Assembly (NCBI GenBank): GCA_018241645.1
Contig: JAFEDL010000017.1
Span: 33,057 to 97,056, forward strand
Source: Pseudomonadota bacterium
GTDB lineage: Bacteria > Pseudomonadota > Gammaproteobacteria > Burkholderiales > SG8-39
DNA: 64,000 nt
Direction: 5' to 3'
Shown: positions 1 through 9,332 of the stretch, one piece after another
Layout of the letters: every line of letters begins with the position of its first letter
How positions within the stretch are numbered: position 1 is the stretch's first letter
Made by a program: the position numbers and the translations under genes
The notes under the pieces: model-generated
The model's database searches: none
Seen by the model: the letters and a program-made list of their open reading frames with translations, nothing else
What the model was told of the DNA's origin: nothing

Positions 1-271
1 CTGCAGGCTGGATCAGGATCGCGCGGCACGCATGCTTTTCGGCAAGCCAGGTGGCGTAGAACCCGCCCAGGGAACTGCCCACGATAGTGAGGTTGCGCTT
101 TCCGTGCGCGGCAACCAGGCCTTCGACCAGGGCGACCGCTTCCGCAGGCCTGTGCGGGAGGGCAGGGCAGGCAAACTCACCGCCCAGGCCACGCTCCCCG
201 AGGTATGCGGCCATCGTGCGCGCCTTGTGGGAGGCGGGCGCGCTGTTGAAGCCGTGCAGGTAAAGGATCAC
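1..271 (-). CDS. YqiA-like esterase (alpha/beta hydrolase, UPF0227-type), N-terminal part only; continues beyond window start
   Basis: Not in the ORF track because it leaves the window. My minus-strand translation from GTG at 271 reads VILYLHGFNSAPASHKARTMAAYL...NLTIVGSSLGGFYATWLAEKH. It has an LHGFNS motif and a GSSLGG nucleophile elbow (GxSxG). The GTG overlaps the mpl stop (GTGA, 268-271). Confidence 0.6.
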   Translation of the reverse strand, partial: MILYLHGFNSAPASHKARTMAAYLGERGLGGEFACPALPHRPAEAVALVEGLVAAHGKRNLTIVGSSLGGFYATWLAEKHACRAILIQPA

Positions 272-1623
272 GCGGCAAGCCTGGCAAGCAGCTTTTCATG
301 GATGCCGCCGAATCCGCCGTTGGACATGACCAGCACCTGGTCGCCCGCGCGGGCTTCGCGCGCGATGGCCTCCACCAGGGCGCCAAGATCAGTCGAGCAC
401 ACCGCTTTGCTGCCGAGCGAGGCGAAAACCTCCGCAGGATCCCACCCGAGGTTCGCCCCGTAAACGAACACCTTGTCCGCCGCCGCCACGCTTGCCGGCA
501 GCGCAGCCTTCATTACCCCGAGCTTCATCGTGTTCGAACGCGGCTCCAGCACGGCCAGGATGCGCGCCGGGCCGGCCTTGCGGCGCAGGCCCTCGAGCGT
601 GGTCCGGATTGCAGTGGGGTGATGGGCGAAGTCGTCATACACCGCCACGCCGCGCACCGTGCCGCGCAACTCCATGCGCCGCTTCACGCTCTCGAAACCG
701 GCCAGGCCTGCGACCGCGGCACCCGCATCGACTCCGGCATGGACTGAGGCCGCAATTGCGGCCAATGCATTGTGGCGGTTGTGCTCGCCCTGCAGCGCCC
801 AGCGCACCCGGCCCATCGAACGGCCTCGATTCGACACTTCAAAGCTGCCGTCGGCGTCGGCGGGTCCGGACTCCCAGCCTTCCGGGGTTCCGAAAAATTC
901 GACCGGTGTCCAGGCGCCCTTCTGGATGACGCGTCCCAGGGCCGCTTCCATCCCGTTCACGACGAGCCGGCCGTTTCCCGGCACGATGCGCACCAAATGA
1001 TGAAATTGTCGCTCGATGTCTGCAATATCGCCGAAAATGTCCGCATGATCGAACTCCAGATTGTTCAGGATCGCCGTCTTGGGGCGATAGTGGACAAACT
1101 TGGACCGCTTGTCGAAAAATGCGGTGTCATACTCGTCGGCCTCGATCACGAAGTGGGTCGAGGCGGTCAGGCGGGCCGAAACCGGGAAGTTGCGCGGTAC
1201 CCCGCCGATCAGGAACCCTGGGTTGAGGCCGGCCTTCTCGAGTATCCAGGCCAGCATCGCCGAAGTGGTGGTCTTCCCGTGCGTGCCCGCCACTGCAAGC
1301 ACCCACTTACTGCAAAGAATATGCTCGCAAAGCCACTGCGGCCCGGATGTATAGGCGTCGCCCCGGTCGAGGATCGCCTCCATGAGCGGATTGCCACGGG
1401 TGACCACGTTGCCGACAACCCAGACATCCGGCTGAAGGGAAAGCTGGTCGGCGGAATATCCCTCGATCAGCTCGATGCCCAGGGCACGCAGCTGGTCGCT
1501 CATCGGGGGGTAGACGTTGGCATCGCACCCGGTTACCCGAAATCCAGCCGCCTTGGCGAGCGCAGCCACGCCGCCCATGAAAGTGCCGCAAATGCCGAGA
1601 ATATGCAGGTGTTGTGCAGCCAT
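268..1623 (-). CDS. mpl: UDP-N-acetylmuramate:L-alanyl-gamma-D-glutamyl-meso-diaminopimelate ligase (murein peptide ligase)
   Basis: 451-aa ORF. It has a Mur-ligase N-terminus (HILGICGTFMGGVAALAKAAGFRVTGCDANVYPPMSDQL) and the P-loop GTHGKTTT. Length is typical of Mpl. Confidence 0.9.
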   Translation of the reverse strand: MAAQHLHILGICGTFMGGVAALAKAAGFRVTGCDANVYPPMSDQLRALGIELIEGYSADQLSLQPDVWVVGNVVTRGNPLMEAILDRGDAYTSGPQWLCEHILCSKWVLAVAGTHGKTTTSAMLAWILEKAGLNPGFLIGGVPRNFPVSARLTASTHFVIEADEYDTAFFDKRSKFVHYRPKTAILNNLEFDHADIFGDIADIERQFHHLVRIVPGNGRLVVNGMEAALGRVIQKGAWTPVEFFGTPEGWESGPADADGSFEVSNRGRSMGRVRWALQGEHNRHNALAAIAASVHAGVDAGAAVAGLAGFESVKRRMELRGTVRGVAVYDDFAHHPTAIRTTLEGLRRKAGPARILAVLEPRSNTMKLGVMKAALPASVAAADKVFVYGANLGWDPAEVFASLGSKAVCSTDLGALVEAIAREARAGDQVLVMSNGGFGGIHEKLLARLAA

Positions 1624-1724
1624 CCGCAGAAAACATGCAGCGAAAGAGCATCAATTGTAGTCGATTTCACCGCATCTCCGGACTCGGAGTATTATTTGAA
1701 GGTTCGTTTGGATCGCCTCATACC

Positions 1725-2336
1725 ATGACTCGCAACCGCCCCAGGCAGAACGGGATGCGCGCTGCCATCGCAGCCGCCGCGGCGCGCATCATGGCGGAAG
1801 GCGGCACGGACAACTTTGCCCTGGCCAAGCGCAAGGCGGCGCGCCAGCTCGGTGCGACAGACAAGCAGGCCCTGCCGGGCAACGAGGAGATCGAGGCGGA
1901 ACTGCGCGCCTACCTGGAGCTCTACCAGGCCGATGAACACCCGGACCGGATCCGCGAATTGCGCCGGATCGCGCTATCGATGATGCGCGAGCTGGCCGAA
2001 TTCACGCCTTACCTCACCGGCCCGGTGCTGAAGGGGATAGCGGGGCCCTATTCCGACATAGAACTGCAGCTGTTTCCCGACAGCGGCAAGGACGTGGAGA
2101 TCTTCCTGCTCAACCGCAACATCCAGTTCAGCTCGACCGAGGCGCGCCGGTACTCGGGGGACCGGGCCCGGTCGGTCACGGTCCTCGAACTCGACTGGGA
2201 GGGCGTGCCGGTAAAGCTGTCACTCTTCGACTCGCGCGACGAACGCATCACCCTGAAGACCACCCAGATAGGCAAGGTGATGGACCGCGCGGGAATTCCA
2301 GAAGTCAGCGCGATGGTGCAGGGCGCAGGTGGCTAA
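1725..2336 (+). CDS. Hypothetical protein (possible minimal nucleotidyltransferase-like fold, weak)
   Basis: Track ORF 1614-2336 trimmed to ATG 1725 (MTRNRPRQNGMRAAIAAAAARIMAEGG...). No family recognised with confidence. The stretch TGPVLKGIAGPYSDIELQLF loosely fits the G-x(9-13)-D-h-E pattern of nucleotidyltransferases. Its last 8 nt overlap the next gene. Confidence 0.55.
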   Translation: MTRNRPRQNGMRAAIAAAAARIMAEGGTDNFALAKRKAARQLGATDKQALPGNEEIEAELRAYLELYQADEHPDRIRELRRIALSMMRELAEFTPYLTGPVLKGIAGPYSDIELQLFPDSGKDVEIFLLNRNIQFSSTEARRYSGDRARSVTVLELDWEGVPVKLSLFDSRDERITLKTTQIGKVMDRAGIPEVSAMVQGAGG

Positions 2337-2853
2337 ACGGCGCGAGGTGCTGCTGATGCTCGGCGTCGGGGTTGCCGCTGCGGTGGCTGGCGTGGTCGCC
2401 GGACCATGGCTGGTCAATGCCCCGGGGGACTCCGAGGCGCTGCGATCGGCGCGGTTGGCCGACCTCGATGGCAAGCCGCGCTCGCTGGAAGAGTGGCGCG
2501 GGCGCATCCTGGTGATTAACTTCTGGGCAACCTGGTGCCCTCCCTGCCGCGAGGAAATCCCCGGGCTGGTGCGCGCCCGCGACAAACTGCTTCCCTCAGG
2601 AGTCGAATTTGTAGGTATCGCCATCGATCAGGTAGCTAAAGTTAGGGAATTTGCTCGTAACGTGCAGATAAGTTACCCTTTGTTGATGGCAGATGCAGCG
2701 GGACTCGAGCTGATTCGCAAACTGGGCAACCCGAGCGGGGGACTGCCCTTTACAGTAGTGCTTGATCGCAAGGGTTCCATAGCGCATCGCAACCTGGGTG
2801 CCGTCACGCAACAGAAGATCGAGGACCAACTCGGCCCGATGCTCGCCGCCTGA
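2329..2853 (+). CDS. TlpA/ResA-like periplasmic thiol:disulfide oxidoreductase (thioredoxin fold)
   Basis: 174 aa with GTG start. N-terminal hydrophobic anchor LLMLGVGVAAAVAGVVAG and CxxC active site in WATWCPPCREEIP. Confidence 0.8.
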   Translation: MAKRREVLLMLGVGVAAAVAGVVAGPWLVNAPGDSEALRSARLADLDGKPRSLEEWRGRILVINFWATWCPPCREEIPGLVRARDKLLPSGVEFVGIAIDQVAKVREFARNVQISYPLLMADAAGLELIRKLGNPSGGLPFTVVLDRKGSIAHRNLGAVTQQKIEDQLGPMLAA

Positions 2854-2928
2854 CGCTCGGTCGGCGGAGCGCTCGGAACAGTTTTGCAGCCTACGTGCGT
2901 TAAAATGCGCCCATTTTCGGGGAAATGA

Positions 2929-3393
2929 TTGAAAAAACCGGTTGCCAATAAGGTCGAATCCATCCTTGTTTTGCATGGACCGAACCTGAACCTGCTGGGT
3001 GTTCGCGAGCCCGAGATCTACGGCCGCGAATCGCTGGAGGACATCAACCGGCGGCTGGTCGACGCCGCGCAGAGTGCCGGCGCCAGCGTCGAATGCTTCC
3101 AGAGCAATCACGAGGGCGAGCTCGTCGATCGCATCCAGCAGGCCGGGCGGGAAGGGGTCGGATTCATCGTCATCAACCCCGCCGCCTACACGCATACCAG
3201 CGTCGCAATCCGCGACGCTCTCGCCGGGGTGAAGATCCCGTTCATCGAAGTGCACCTATCCAACGTGCATGCCCGGGAATCTTTCCGGCATCGTTCGTTT
3301 GTCTCCGACATCGCCGTCGGAATCATCTGCGGGCTGGGCAGCCGGGGTTACGACCTTGCGCTCGCCTACGCGCTGCTGCGCGGCCAGGAGTAA
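2929..3393 (+). CDS. aroQ: 3-dehydroquinate dehydratase, type II
   Basis: 154 aa with type II dehydroquinase motifs [21 protein letters not shown] and [16 protein letters not shown]. The start codon at 2929 is TTG, so the exact start is uncertain. Confidence 0.9.
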   Translation: MKKPVANKVESILVLHGPNLNLLGVREPEIYGRESLEDINRRLVDAAQSAGASVECFQSNHEGELVDRIQQAGREGVGFIVINPAAYTHTSVAIRDALAGVKIPFIEVHLSNVHARESFRHRSFVSDIAVGIICGLGSRGYDLALAYALLRGQE

Positions 3394-3399
3394 GAAGCC

Positions 3400-3876
3400 A
3401 TGGACCTGAGAAAGCTGAAGAAACTGATCGACCTGGTCGAGGAGTCCGGAATTTCGGAGCTCGAGATCACCGAGGGAGAGGAGAAGGTCAAGATCGTAAA
3501 AGGAGGCGGCGGGGCGCACATGGCGGCCTCGGCGCCTGCACCGCAGCCCGTGCCGGCGGCACCGGCCGCCGCTTCGGCCGCGCCGGCGGCGCCGGCGGCG
3601 CCCAGCGCGCCGCCAAGCGGCCAGGGCGATGCCGGCGCCGAAGGGCATGCGGTCAAGTCGCCGATGGTCGGCACGTTCTATCGCACCCCCTCCCCGGACG
3701 CCAAGCCCTTTGTCGAGGTCGGCCAGGCCGTCAAGGAGGGCCAGATCATCTGCATCATCGAGGCGATGAAGCTCATGAACGAGATCGAGTGCGACAAGAC
3801 CGGCATAGTCAAGGCGATCCTGGTCGAGAACGGCCAGCCGGTGGAGTACGGGCAGCCCCTGTTCGTCATCGCCTGA
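3400..3876 (+). CDS. accB: Acetyl-CoA carboxylase biotin carboxyl carrier protein
   Basis: 158 aa. An Ala/Pro-rich linker is followed by the biotinylation motif [12 protein letters not shown]. Confidence 0.9.
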   Translation: MDLRKLKKLIDLVEESGISELEITEGEEKVKIVKGGGGAHMAASAPAPQPVPAAPAAASAAPAAPAAPSAPPSGQGDAGAEGHAVKSPMVGTFYRTPSPDAKPFVEVGQAVKEGQIICIIEAMKLMNEIECDKTGIVKAILVENGQPVEYGQPLFVIA

Positions 3877-5243
3877 TGTCCATGTTCGGGAAGATCCTGA
3901 TCGCCAACCGCGGCGAGATCGCGCTGCGGATCCAGCGCGCCTGCCGCGAGCTTGGCATCCGCACGGTGGTCGTGCACTCCGAGGCGGACACCGAGGCGAA
4001 ATACGTCAAGCTGGCCGACGAGTCGGTGTGCATCGGGCCGGCACCCGCCAGCCAGAGTTACCTCAACATCCCGGCGATCATCAGCGCGGCCGAAGTCACC
4101 GACGCCGAGGCCATCCACCCGGGCTACGGCTTCCTGTCGGAAAACGCGGACTTTGCGGACAAGGTGGAGAAGTCGGGCTTCGTATTCATCGGGCCGTACC
4201 CGGAGAACATCCGCCTGATGGGCGACAAGGTCAGTGCGAAGGCGGCGATGATCAAGGCCGGCGTGCCGTGCGTCCCGGGCTCGGAAGGCGCGCTCCCGGA
4301 CACACCGGCCGAGATCGTCAAGATCGCACGCAAGGTGGGATACCCGGTGATCATCAAGGCTTCCGGCGGCGGGGGAGGCCGCGGCATGCGCGTGGTGCAC
4401 ACCGAGGCGGCGCTGCTGAACGCAGTGAGCCTTACCCGCCAGGAGGCCCAGGCGGCGTTCTCGAACCCCATGGTCTACATGGAGAAGTTCCTCGAGAACC
4501 CGCGCCACATCGAGATCCAGATCCTGGCCGACGAGCACAAGAACGCCGTGTTCCTGGGCGAGCGGGACTGCTCCATGCAGCGCCGCCACCAGAAGGTCAT
4601 AGAAGAGGCGCCCGCGCCCGAGCTTTCCACCCGGGTGCGCGACCGGGTCGGCGAACGATGCGTCGAAGCGTGCAAGAAGATCGGGTACCGCGGGGCGGGA
4701 ACGTTCGAGTTCCTGTATGAAAACGGGGAGTTCTTCTTCATCGAAATGAACACCCGCGTGCAGGTGGAGCACCCGGTGACCGAGATGATCACGGGAATCG
4801 ACATCGTGCAGGCGCAGATCCGCATTGCCGCCGGCGAAAAGCTGCCGTTCCGCCAGCGCGACATCCAGTTCCGCGGCCACGCGCTGGAGTGCCGGATCAA
4901 CGCGGAGGACCCGTACAAGTTCACCCCCTCGCCGGGAAAGATCACCTCGTACCACCCCCCCGGCGGCCCGGGGATCCGGGTCGACTCGCACGTCTACCAG
5001 GGCTATACGGTGCCGCCCAACTACGACTCGATGGTCGGCAAGGTCATCTCCTACGGCGCCACCCGGGAGCAGGCCATACGCCGCATGCGGATCGCGCTCT
5101 CCGAGATGGTGGTGGAAGGCATCCAGACCAACATCCCGCTGCACCAGGACCTGCTCAACGACAAGGGCTTCATCAAGGGCGGAGCGTCCATCCATTACCT
5201 CGAGCAGAAGCTCGCGCAGGAAAAGAAGAAGGTCGCGAAGTAG
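3876..5243 (+). CDS. accC: Acetyl-CoA carboxylase biotin carboxylase subunit
   Basis: Track ORF 3093-5243 trimmed to ATG 3876 ([28 protein letters not shown]...). ATP-grasp biotin carboxylase sequence runs throughout. The ATG shares one nt with the accB stop (TGATG). ATG 3882 is an alternative start. Confidence 0.95.
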   Translation: MSMFGKILIANRGEIALRIQRACRELGIRTVVVHSEADTEAKYVKLADESVCIGPAPASQSYLNIPAIISAAEVTDAEAIHPGYGFLSENADFADKVEKSGFVFIGPYPENIRLMGDKVSAKAAMIKAGVPCVPGSEGALPDTPAEIVKIARKVGYPVIIKASGGGGGRGMRVVHTEAALLNAVSLTRQEAQAAFSNPMVYMEKFLENPRHIEIQILADEHKNAVFLGERDCSMQRRHQKVIEEAPAPELSTRVRDRVGERCVEACKKIGYRGAGTFEFLYENGEFFFIEMNTRVQVEHPVTEMITGIDIVQAQIRIAAGEKLPFRQRDIQFRGHALECRINAEDPYKFTPSPGKITSYHPPGGPGIRVDSHVYQGYTVPPNYDSMVGKVISYGATREQAIRRMRIALSEMVVEGIQTNIPLHQDLLNDKGFIKGGASIHYLEQKLAQEKKKVAK

Positions 5244-5255
5244 GGGCGCGGCGGC

Positions 5256-6137
5256 ATGGCATGGCTCGCTATCAGGCTGCTTGCCGGGGCCGATCACGCG
5301 GAGGCACTGTCGGACGCACTGATCGAGGCCGGCGCGCTTTCGGTCACATGCGATGACGCGGACGCCGGAACTGCGGCGGAGGCGCCCCAGTTCGGGGAAC
5401 CCGGCGTTGACGCACCCCGCGTCTGGCCGCGAAACATCCTGACGGCGCTGGTGCCGGCCGACGCCGATGCCGGGTCGATCGTAGCCGCCGCAGCCGGCGC
5501 CTGCGGCCTCCCGCCTCCCGCATATGCCACGGCCCCGGTCGAGGACGCCGACTGGGTCCGCACCACCCAGGCGCAGTTCCAGCCGATCCGGGTCGTCGAA
5601 AACCTGTGGATCGTGCCGAGCTGGTGCGAGCCGCCGGACCCCGCGGCCGTGAACATCTCCATCGACCCGGGCCTCGCGTTCGGTACCGGCAGCCATCCGA
5701 CCACGCTGCTGATGCTGCGCTGGCTGGCGCGCACGCTGAAGGGTGGGGAAACCCTGCTGGATTACGGGTGCGGTTCCGGTATATTGGCCATCGTCGCCGC
5801 CCGCCTGGGCGCGCGGGACGTCATCGGCGTCGATATCGACCCGCAGGCGATCATTGCGGCGAACGACAATGCAGCCAAGAACAGGGTCGCGGCCCGGTTC
5901 TTTACCCCGGACGCGAACCCCGACCGGACAGCCGAGATCGTCGTGGCCAACATCCTTGCCAACCCGCTGGTTGTGCTCGCCCCGCTCATCACGGCACGTT
6001 GCGCCCGACGGGTGGCCTTGTCCGGCGTCCTCGAGTCCCAGGCCGAACAGGTCATGGGCGCCTACTCTGCGCACTTCCAGCTCGAGGTGTCCGACCGGGA
6101 AGACGGCTGGGTACTGATCACGGGCGTGCGCCGATGA
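5256..6137 (+). CDS. prmA: Ribosomal protein L11 methyltransferase
   Basis: 293 aa with SAM-binding motif LLDYGCGSGILAI. It occupies the conserved position directly after accBC. Confidence 0.85.
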   Translation: MAWLAIRLLAGADHAEALSDALIEAGALSVTCDDADAGTAAEAPQFGEPGVDAPRVWPRNILTALVPADADAGSIVAAAAGACGLPPPAYATAPVEDADWVRTTQAQFQPIRVVENLWIVPSWCEPPDPAAVNISIDPGLAFGTGSHPTTLLMLRWLARTLKGGETLLDYGCGSGILAIVAARLGARDVIGVDIDPQAIIAANDNAAKNRVAARFFTPDANPDRTAEIVVANILANPLVVLAPLITARCARRVALSGVLESQAEQVMGAYSAHFQLEVSDREDGWVLITGVRR

Positions 6138-7087
6138 GCCTCGTCACACGGTGCCCGGCCTGCGGCACGACGTTCCGGGTTTTGCCGGCGCAGTTGTCGG
6201 CGCGGGCCGGGCGTGTCCGGTGCGGAAAGTGCGCCGGGGTGTTCGACGGCGTGACCAACCTACTCACCGACGAGGCCATCGCGGCGCTCCCGGTGGAGGC
6301 GTCGCCGCAGATGGGCCTGTTCGAGATTCGCGAAACCGCCGAAGCGGCCTTGCCCGGGGAGACGATCCCGCAGGCTGACGCATCTTCAAGGCGCGAGGTT
6401 CCACAGCAGGAGAAGCAGGGCCATATCGAAGAGCCTCCCGAGGTGGAAGCAGCACCGGAGCCCGAGCCTCGTACGGCGACCAGGGCGCCGCAGCCGGCCG
6501 ACCCGTCGTTCCTTGCTCCCGATCGCGCGCGGGCCTCCCACTCGGTTGTCTGGGCGCTGCTCGCGCTGTTCGCCGCCGGAGCTCTGGCAATGCAGGCCGC
6601 GCTTGCCTTCCGCACCGAAATTGCCGTGCTGTGGCCGCCGGCCCGCCCGCACCTGGAAGCCGCATGCGTCCTGCTCGGCTGCGAAGTCAGGCTGCCGCGG
6701 CGCGCCGACCTCATGAGCATCGAGTCGTCCGACCTGCAGGCCGACACCCAGCGCCAGGGCGTCATCGTCCTGAACGCGCTGCTGCGCAACCGCGCGCCCT
6801 TCACGCAGGAGTATCCGGACCTGGAACTCACCCTGACCGACCAGGGCGACCAGCCGCTGCTCCGCCGCGTGCTCAGGCCGGGAGACTACCTGCTGGAGAA
6901 ACGCGCCGCGATCGCCACCGGCCTCGGCGGCGGCGCCGAGGAAGCCGTGCGCATACGTCTCGAAACGGGCGGGCTCCTGGCCACCGGATACCAGCTGTTC
7001 CTGTTCTACCCGTGTCCCGCCCCGCAGCCTTCGGCGTACTGGCAATTGAGCTATCCTGTGCGCTGCCAGGTTCCCCGCAACAAATAA
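6134..7087 (+). CDS. Zinc-ribbon / DUF3426-type membrane protein
   Basis: Track ORF 5606-7087 trimmed to ATG 6134, which overlaps the prmA stop (ATGA). It has an MJ0042-type zinc ribbon (CPACGTTFRV...RCGKCAGVFDG), an acidic/Pro-rich linker and one TM segment (VVWALLALFAAGALAMQAAL). The C-terminal domain is DUF3426-like. Confidence 0.7.
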   Translation: MSLVTRCPACGTTFRVLPAQLSARAGRVRCGKCAGVFDGVTNLLTDEAIAALPVEASPQMGLFEIRETAEAALPGETIPQADASSRREVPQQEKQGHIEEPPEVEAAPEPEPRTATRAPQPADPSFLAPDRARASHSVVWALLALFAAGALAMQAALAFRTEIAVLWPPARPHLEAACVLLGCEVRLPRRADLMSIESSDLQADTQRQGVIVLNALLRNRAPFTQEYPDLELTLTDQGDQPLLRRVLRPGDYLLEKRAAIATGLGGGAEEAVRIRLETGGLLATGYQLFLFYPCPAPQPSAYWQLSYPVRCQVPRNK

Positions 7088-7102
7088 TCCGAAAGCACCC
7101 AA

Positions 7103-8038
7103 TTGCGCACACTCATCACCGGATCGATCGCGTACGACACCATCATGGTGTTTCCCGATCAGTTCAAGAACCACGTCCTGCCCGACCAGCTGCACATCCT
7201 CAATGTCTGCTTCCTCACGCCGGAGATGCGCCGCGAATACGGCGGCTGCGCCGCGAATATCGGCTACAACCTGAAGCTCCTCGGCGGCGACCCGGTGGTC
7301 ATGGCGACCGTGGGCGACGACATCGACCCGTACCTGAAGCGGCTCGACACGCTCGGCATCCCCGCCTCGCACCTTAAGCGGATCGGGGGCCAGTTCACCG
7401 CGCAGGCGTTCATCACGACCGACCTCGACAACAACCAGATCATCGCCTTCCACCCCGGCGCGATGAACTACTCCCACGAGAACCGCATAGACGGGAGCCT
7501 TGGCGCGAAGCTTGCGATCATCGCCCCGGACGGCAAGGAGGGGATGTTGCAGCACGCCCGCGAATGCGCTTCCGCCGGTATACCGTTCGTGTTCGACCCG
7601 GGGCAGGGGCTGCCGATGTTCTCAGCCGAGGAGTTGTCAGAGTTCGTCGACCTGGCGGACTACGTGGCGGTCAACGACTACGAGGGAAAGCTGCTCGAAG
7701 ACCGGACGGGCCGCACCATGGAGGAAATCTCCGCAGGCGTGAAGGCGCTGGTCCTCACGCTGGGTTCGAAAGGCTCGCTCATCTACTCTGGCGGCCAGCG
7801 CCATGAGATCCCTATCGTAAAGCCGGCGGAGATCCTCGATCCTACCGGGTGCGGCGATGCGTACCGCGCGGGCCTGCTGTACGGCATCGCGAACGGCTGG
7901 GACTGGCCGAGCACCGGCCGCCTCGGCGCATTGATGGGCTCGATCAAGATCGAGCGCCGCGGCGCGCAGAACCATGCGTTCGAAGCACAGGAAATCCGCG
8001 ACCGGTTCAGGCGCGAGTTCGGTTACTCGCCCTGGTGA
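7103..8038 (+). CDS. PfkB-family carbohydrate/nucleoside kinase (adenosine-kinase-like)
   Basis: 311 aa with PfkB signature DPTGCGDAYRAGLLYG near the C-terminus and an N-terminal LITGSIAYDTIM block. The start codon at 7103 is TTG. Confidence 0.8.
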   Translation: MRTLITGSIAYDTIMVFPDQFKNHVLPDQLHILNVCFLTPEMRREYGGCAANIGYNLKLLGGDPVVMATVGDDIDPYLKRLDTLGIPASHLKRIGGQFTAQAFITTDLDNNQIIAFHPGAMNYSHENRIDGSLGAKLAIIAPDGKEGMLQHARECASAGIPFVFDPGQGLPMFSAEELSEFVDLADYVAVNDYEGKLLEDRTGRTMEEISAGVKALVLTLGSKGSLIYSGGQRHEIPIVKPAEILDPTGCGDAYRAGLLYGIANGWDWPSTGRLGALMGSIKIERRGAQNHAFEAQEIRDRFRREFGYSPW

Positions 8039-8042
8039 CCGT

Positions 8043-8456
8043 TCAACCGAGGGCCTTGCGCACCTTCTCGGCGTAGCCCTCCAGGATTTCCCGCGGCGGG
8101 CTCTTGACGGGCCACGAGAGGCTCATCCCGTCTTCCTCCCAGCGCGGCAGCACGTGCACGTGGAAGTGAAACACGGTCTGGCCTCCCGCCGTGCCGTTCG
8201 CCTGGAAGAGGTTCATCCCGGGCGCGCCGAACGCGGCGCGCGACGCGCGCGCAACGCGGGCCGTGGTGCGGAAGATGGCCGCGGCAAGTTCGTCATCCAG
8301 CCCGAAGACGTTTTCAACGTGCGCCCGGGCGGCCACCAGCACGTGGCCGGGATTGACCTGGCCGAGGTCCATGAAAGCCAGCGTGTGCTCGTCCTCGTAA
8401 ACCATGCTGGCCGGGATCTCGCCCGCCGCTATCCTGCAAAACACGCAATTCGTCAT
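8043..8456 (-). CDS. HIT-family (histidine triad) nucleotide hydrolase/transferase
   Basis: 137 aa with N-terminus CVFCRIAAGEIPASMVYEDE and the histidine triad HFHVHVLPR. Confidence 0.85.
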   Translation of the reverse strand: MTNCVFCRIAAGEIPASMVYEDEHTLAFMDLGQVNPGHVLVAARAHVENVFGLDDELAAAIFRTTARVARASRAAFGAPGMNLFQANGTAGGQTVFHFHVHVLPRWEEDGMSLSWPVKSPPREILEGYAEKVRKALG

Positions 8457-8478
8457 CCTCGCCTCCCTTGCGGATCAC

Positions 8479-9303
8479 TTATTCACCGCCCGGGCTTTGA
8501 TAGCCCGGGCATTTCACCTGGAAAATGCGCCGGTCGTCGAGCCGGACCGCGCTCAGCGAACCTCCCCATACGCAGCCAGTGTCGAGCGCCATGAGTCGCG
8601 GGGCGATGCGCAGGCCCAGCGCCGACCAGTGCCCGCAGACTACCGTGCTTGCCGCGCTCCTGCGGCCGGGAATCTCGAACCACGCGCGATAGCCGGCCGG
8701 CGCAGCATCGATCCCGCCCTTGGCGCGAAAATCCATGGCCCCGGAGTCGGTGCAGAAACGCATGCGCGTCATCGCGTTCACGATGACGCGCATCCGGTCC
8801 GGACCGCGCAGCCCGTCGTCCCAGGCATCGGGCTGGCTGCCGTACAACGTGGAAAGAAACTCGGGGTACGCCGGCCCGCGCAAGGCGCCTTCCACCTCCC
8901 GGCCGAGTCCGATCGCCGTGGGCAGGTCCCACTGCGGCAGCAGGCCTGCGTGGACGAGAACGTGCTCGCCCTCGGCATGGATCAGGGGCCGCGCGCGCAG
9001 CCACGCGAGCAGTCCTGCGCGGTCCGGAGCGGAGAGCACCGCGTCCAGGGTGTCGTCGGCACGGCGCCGCGCGAAGCCTTCCGCCAGGCACAGCAGGTGC
9101 AGGTCGTGGTTGCCCAGAACCGCGATCGCGCGGTCGCCAAGATCCCGCACGAAGCGCAGGACCTCGAGGGATGCCGGCCCGCGGTTCACCAGGTCGCCGA
9201 CGAACCAGAGGCGGTCACGCCCCGCGTCGAAGGGAAGCGCGGCGAGCAGCGCCTCAAGTTCGCGCATGCAGCCCTGCACGTCGCCGATCGCATAGGTAGC
9301 CAT
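8479..9303 (-). CDS. apaH: Bis(5'-nucleosyl)-tetraphosphatase, symmetrical (Ap4A hydrolase)
   Basis: Track ORF 8479-9789 trimmed to ATG 9303 (MATYAIGDVQGCMRELEALL...). It carries metallophosphatase motifs GDLVNRGP and GNHDLHLL. Confidence 0.9.
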   Translation of the reverse strand: MATYAIGDVQGCMRELEALLAALPFDAGRDRLWFVGDLVNRGPASLEVLRFVRDLGDRAIAVLGNHDLHLLCLAEGFARRRADDTLDAVLSAPDRAGLLAWLRARPLIHAEGEHVLVHAGLLPQWDLPTAIGLGREVEGALRGPAYPEFLSTLYGSQPDAWDDGLRGPDRMRVIVNAMTRMRFCTDSGAMDFRAKGGIDAAPAGYRAWFEIPGRRSAASTVVCGHWSALGLRIAPRLMALDTGCVWGGSLSAVRLDDRRIFQVKCPGYQSPGGE

Positions 9304-9332
9304 GGAATGCGACGGACTATAGCAAGAAGGCG

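Noticed and set aside
3093-3875. 5' extension of the accC ORF (261 extra codons) overlapping aroQ and accB
   Set aside because: The extension is Arg/Pro/Gly-rich nonsense in a frame overlapping two bona fide genes. The biotin carboxylase homology begins at [14 protein letters not shown] (3876), right at the accB stop.
3678-6074. 798-aa minus-strand ORF spanning accC and prmA
   Set aside because: It lies antisense to two genes with unmistakable family motifs. Its translation is Arg/Gly/Asp/His-rich low complexity with no recognisable domain. This is the typical stop-codon-poor antisense frame of GC-rich DNA.
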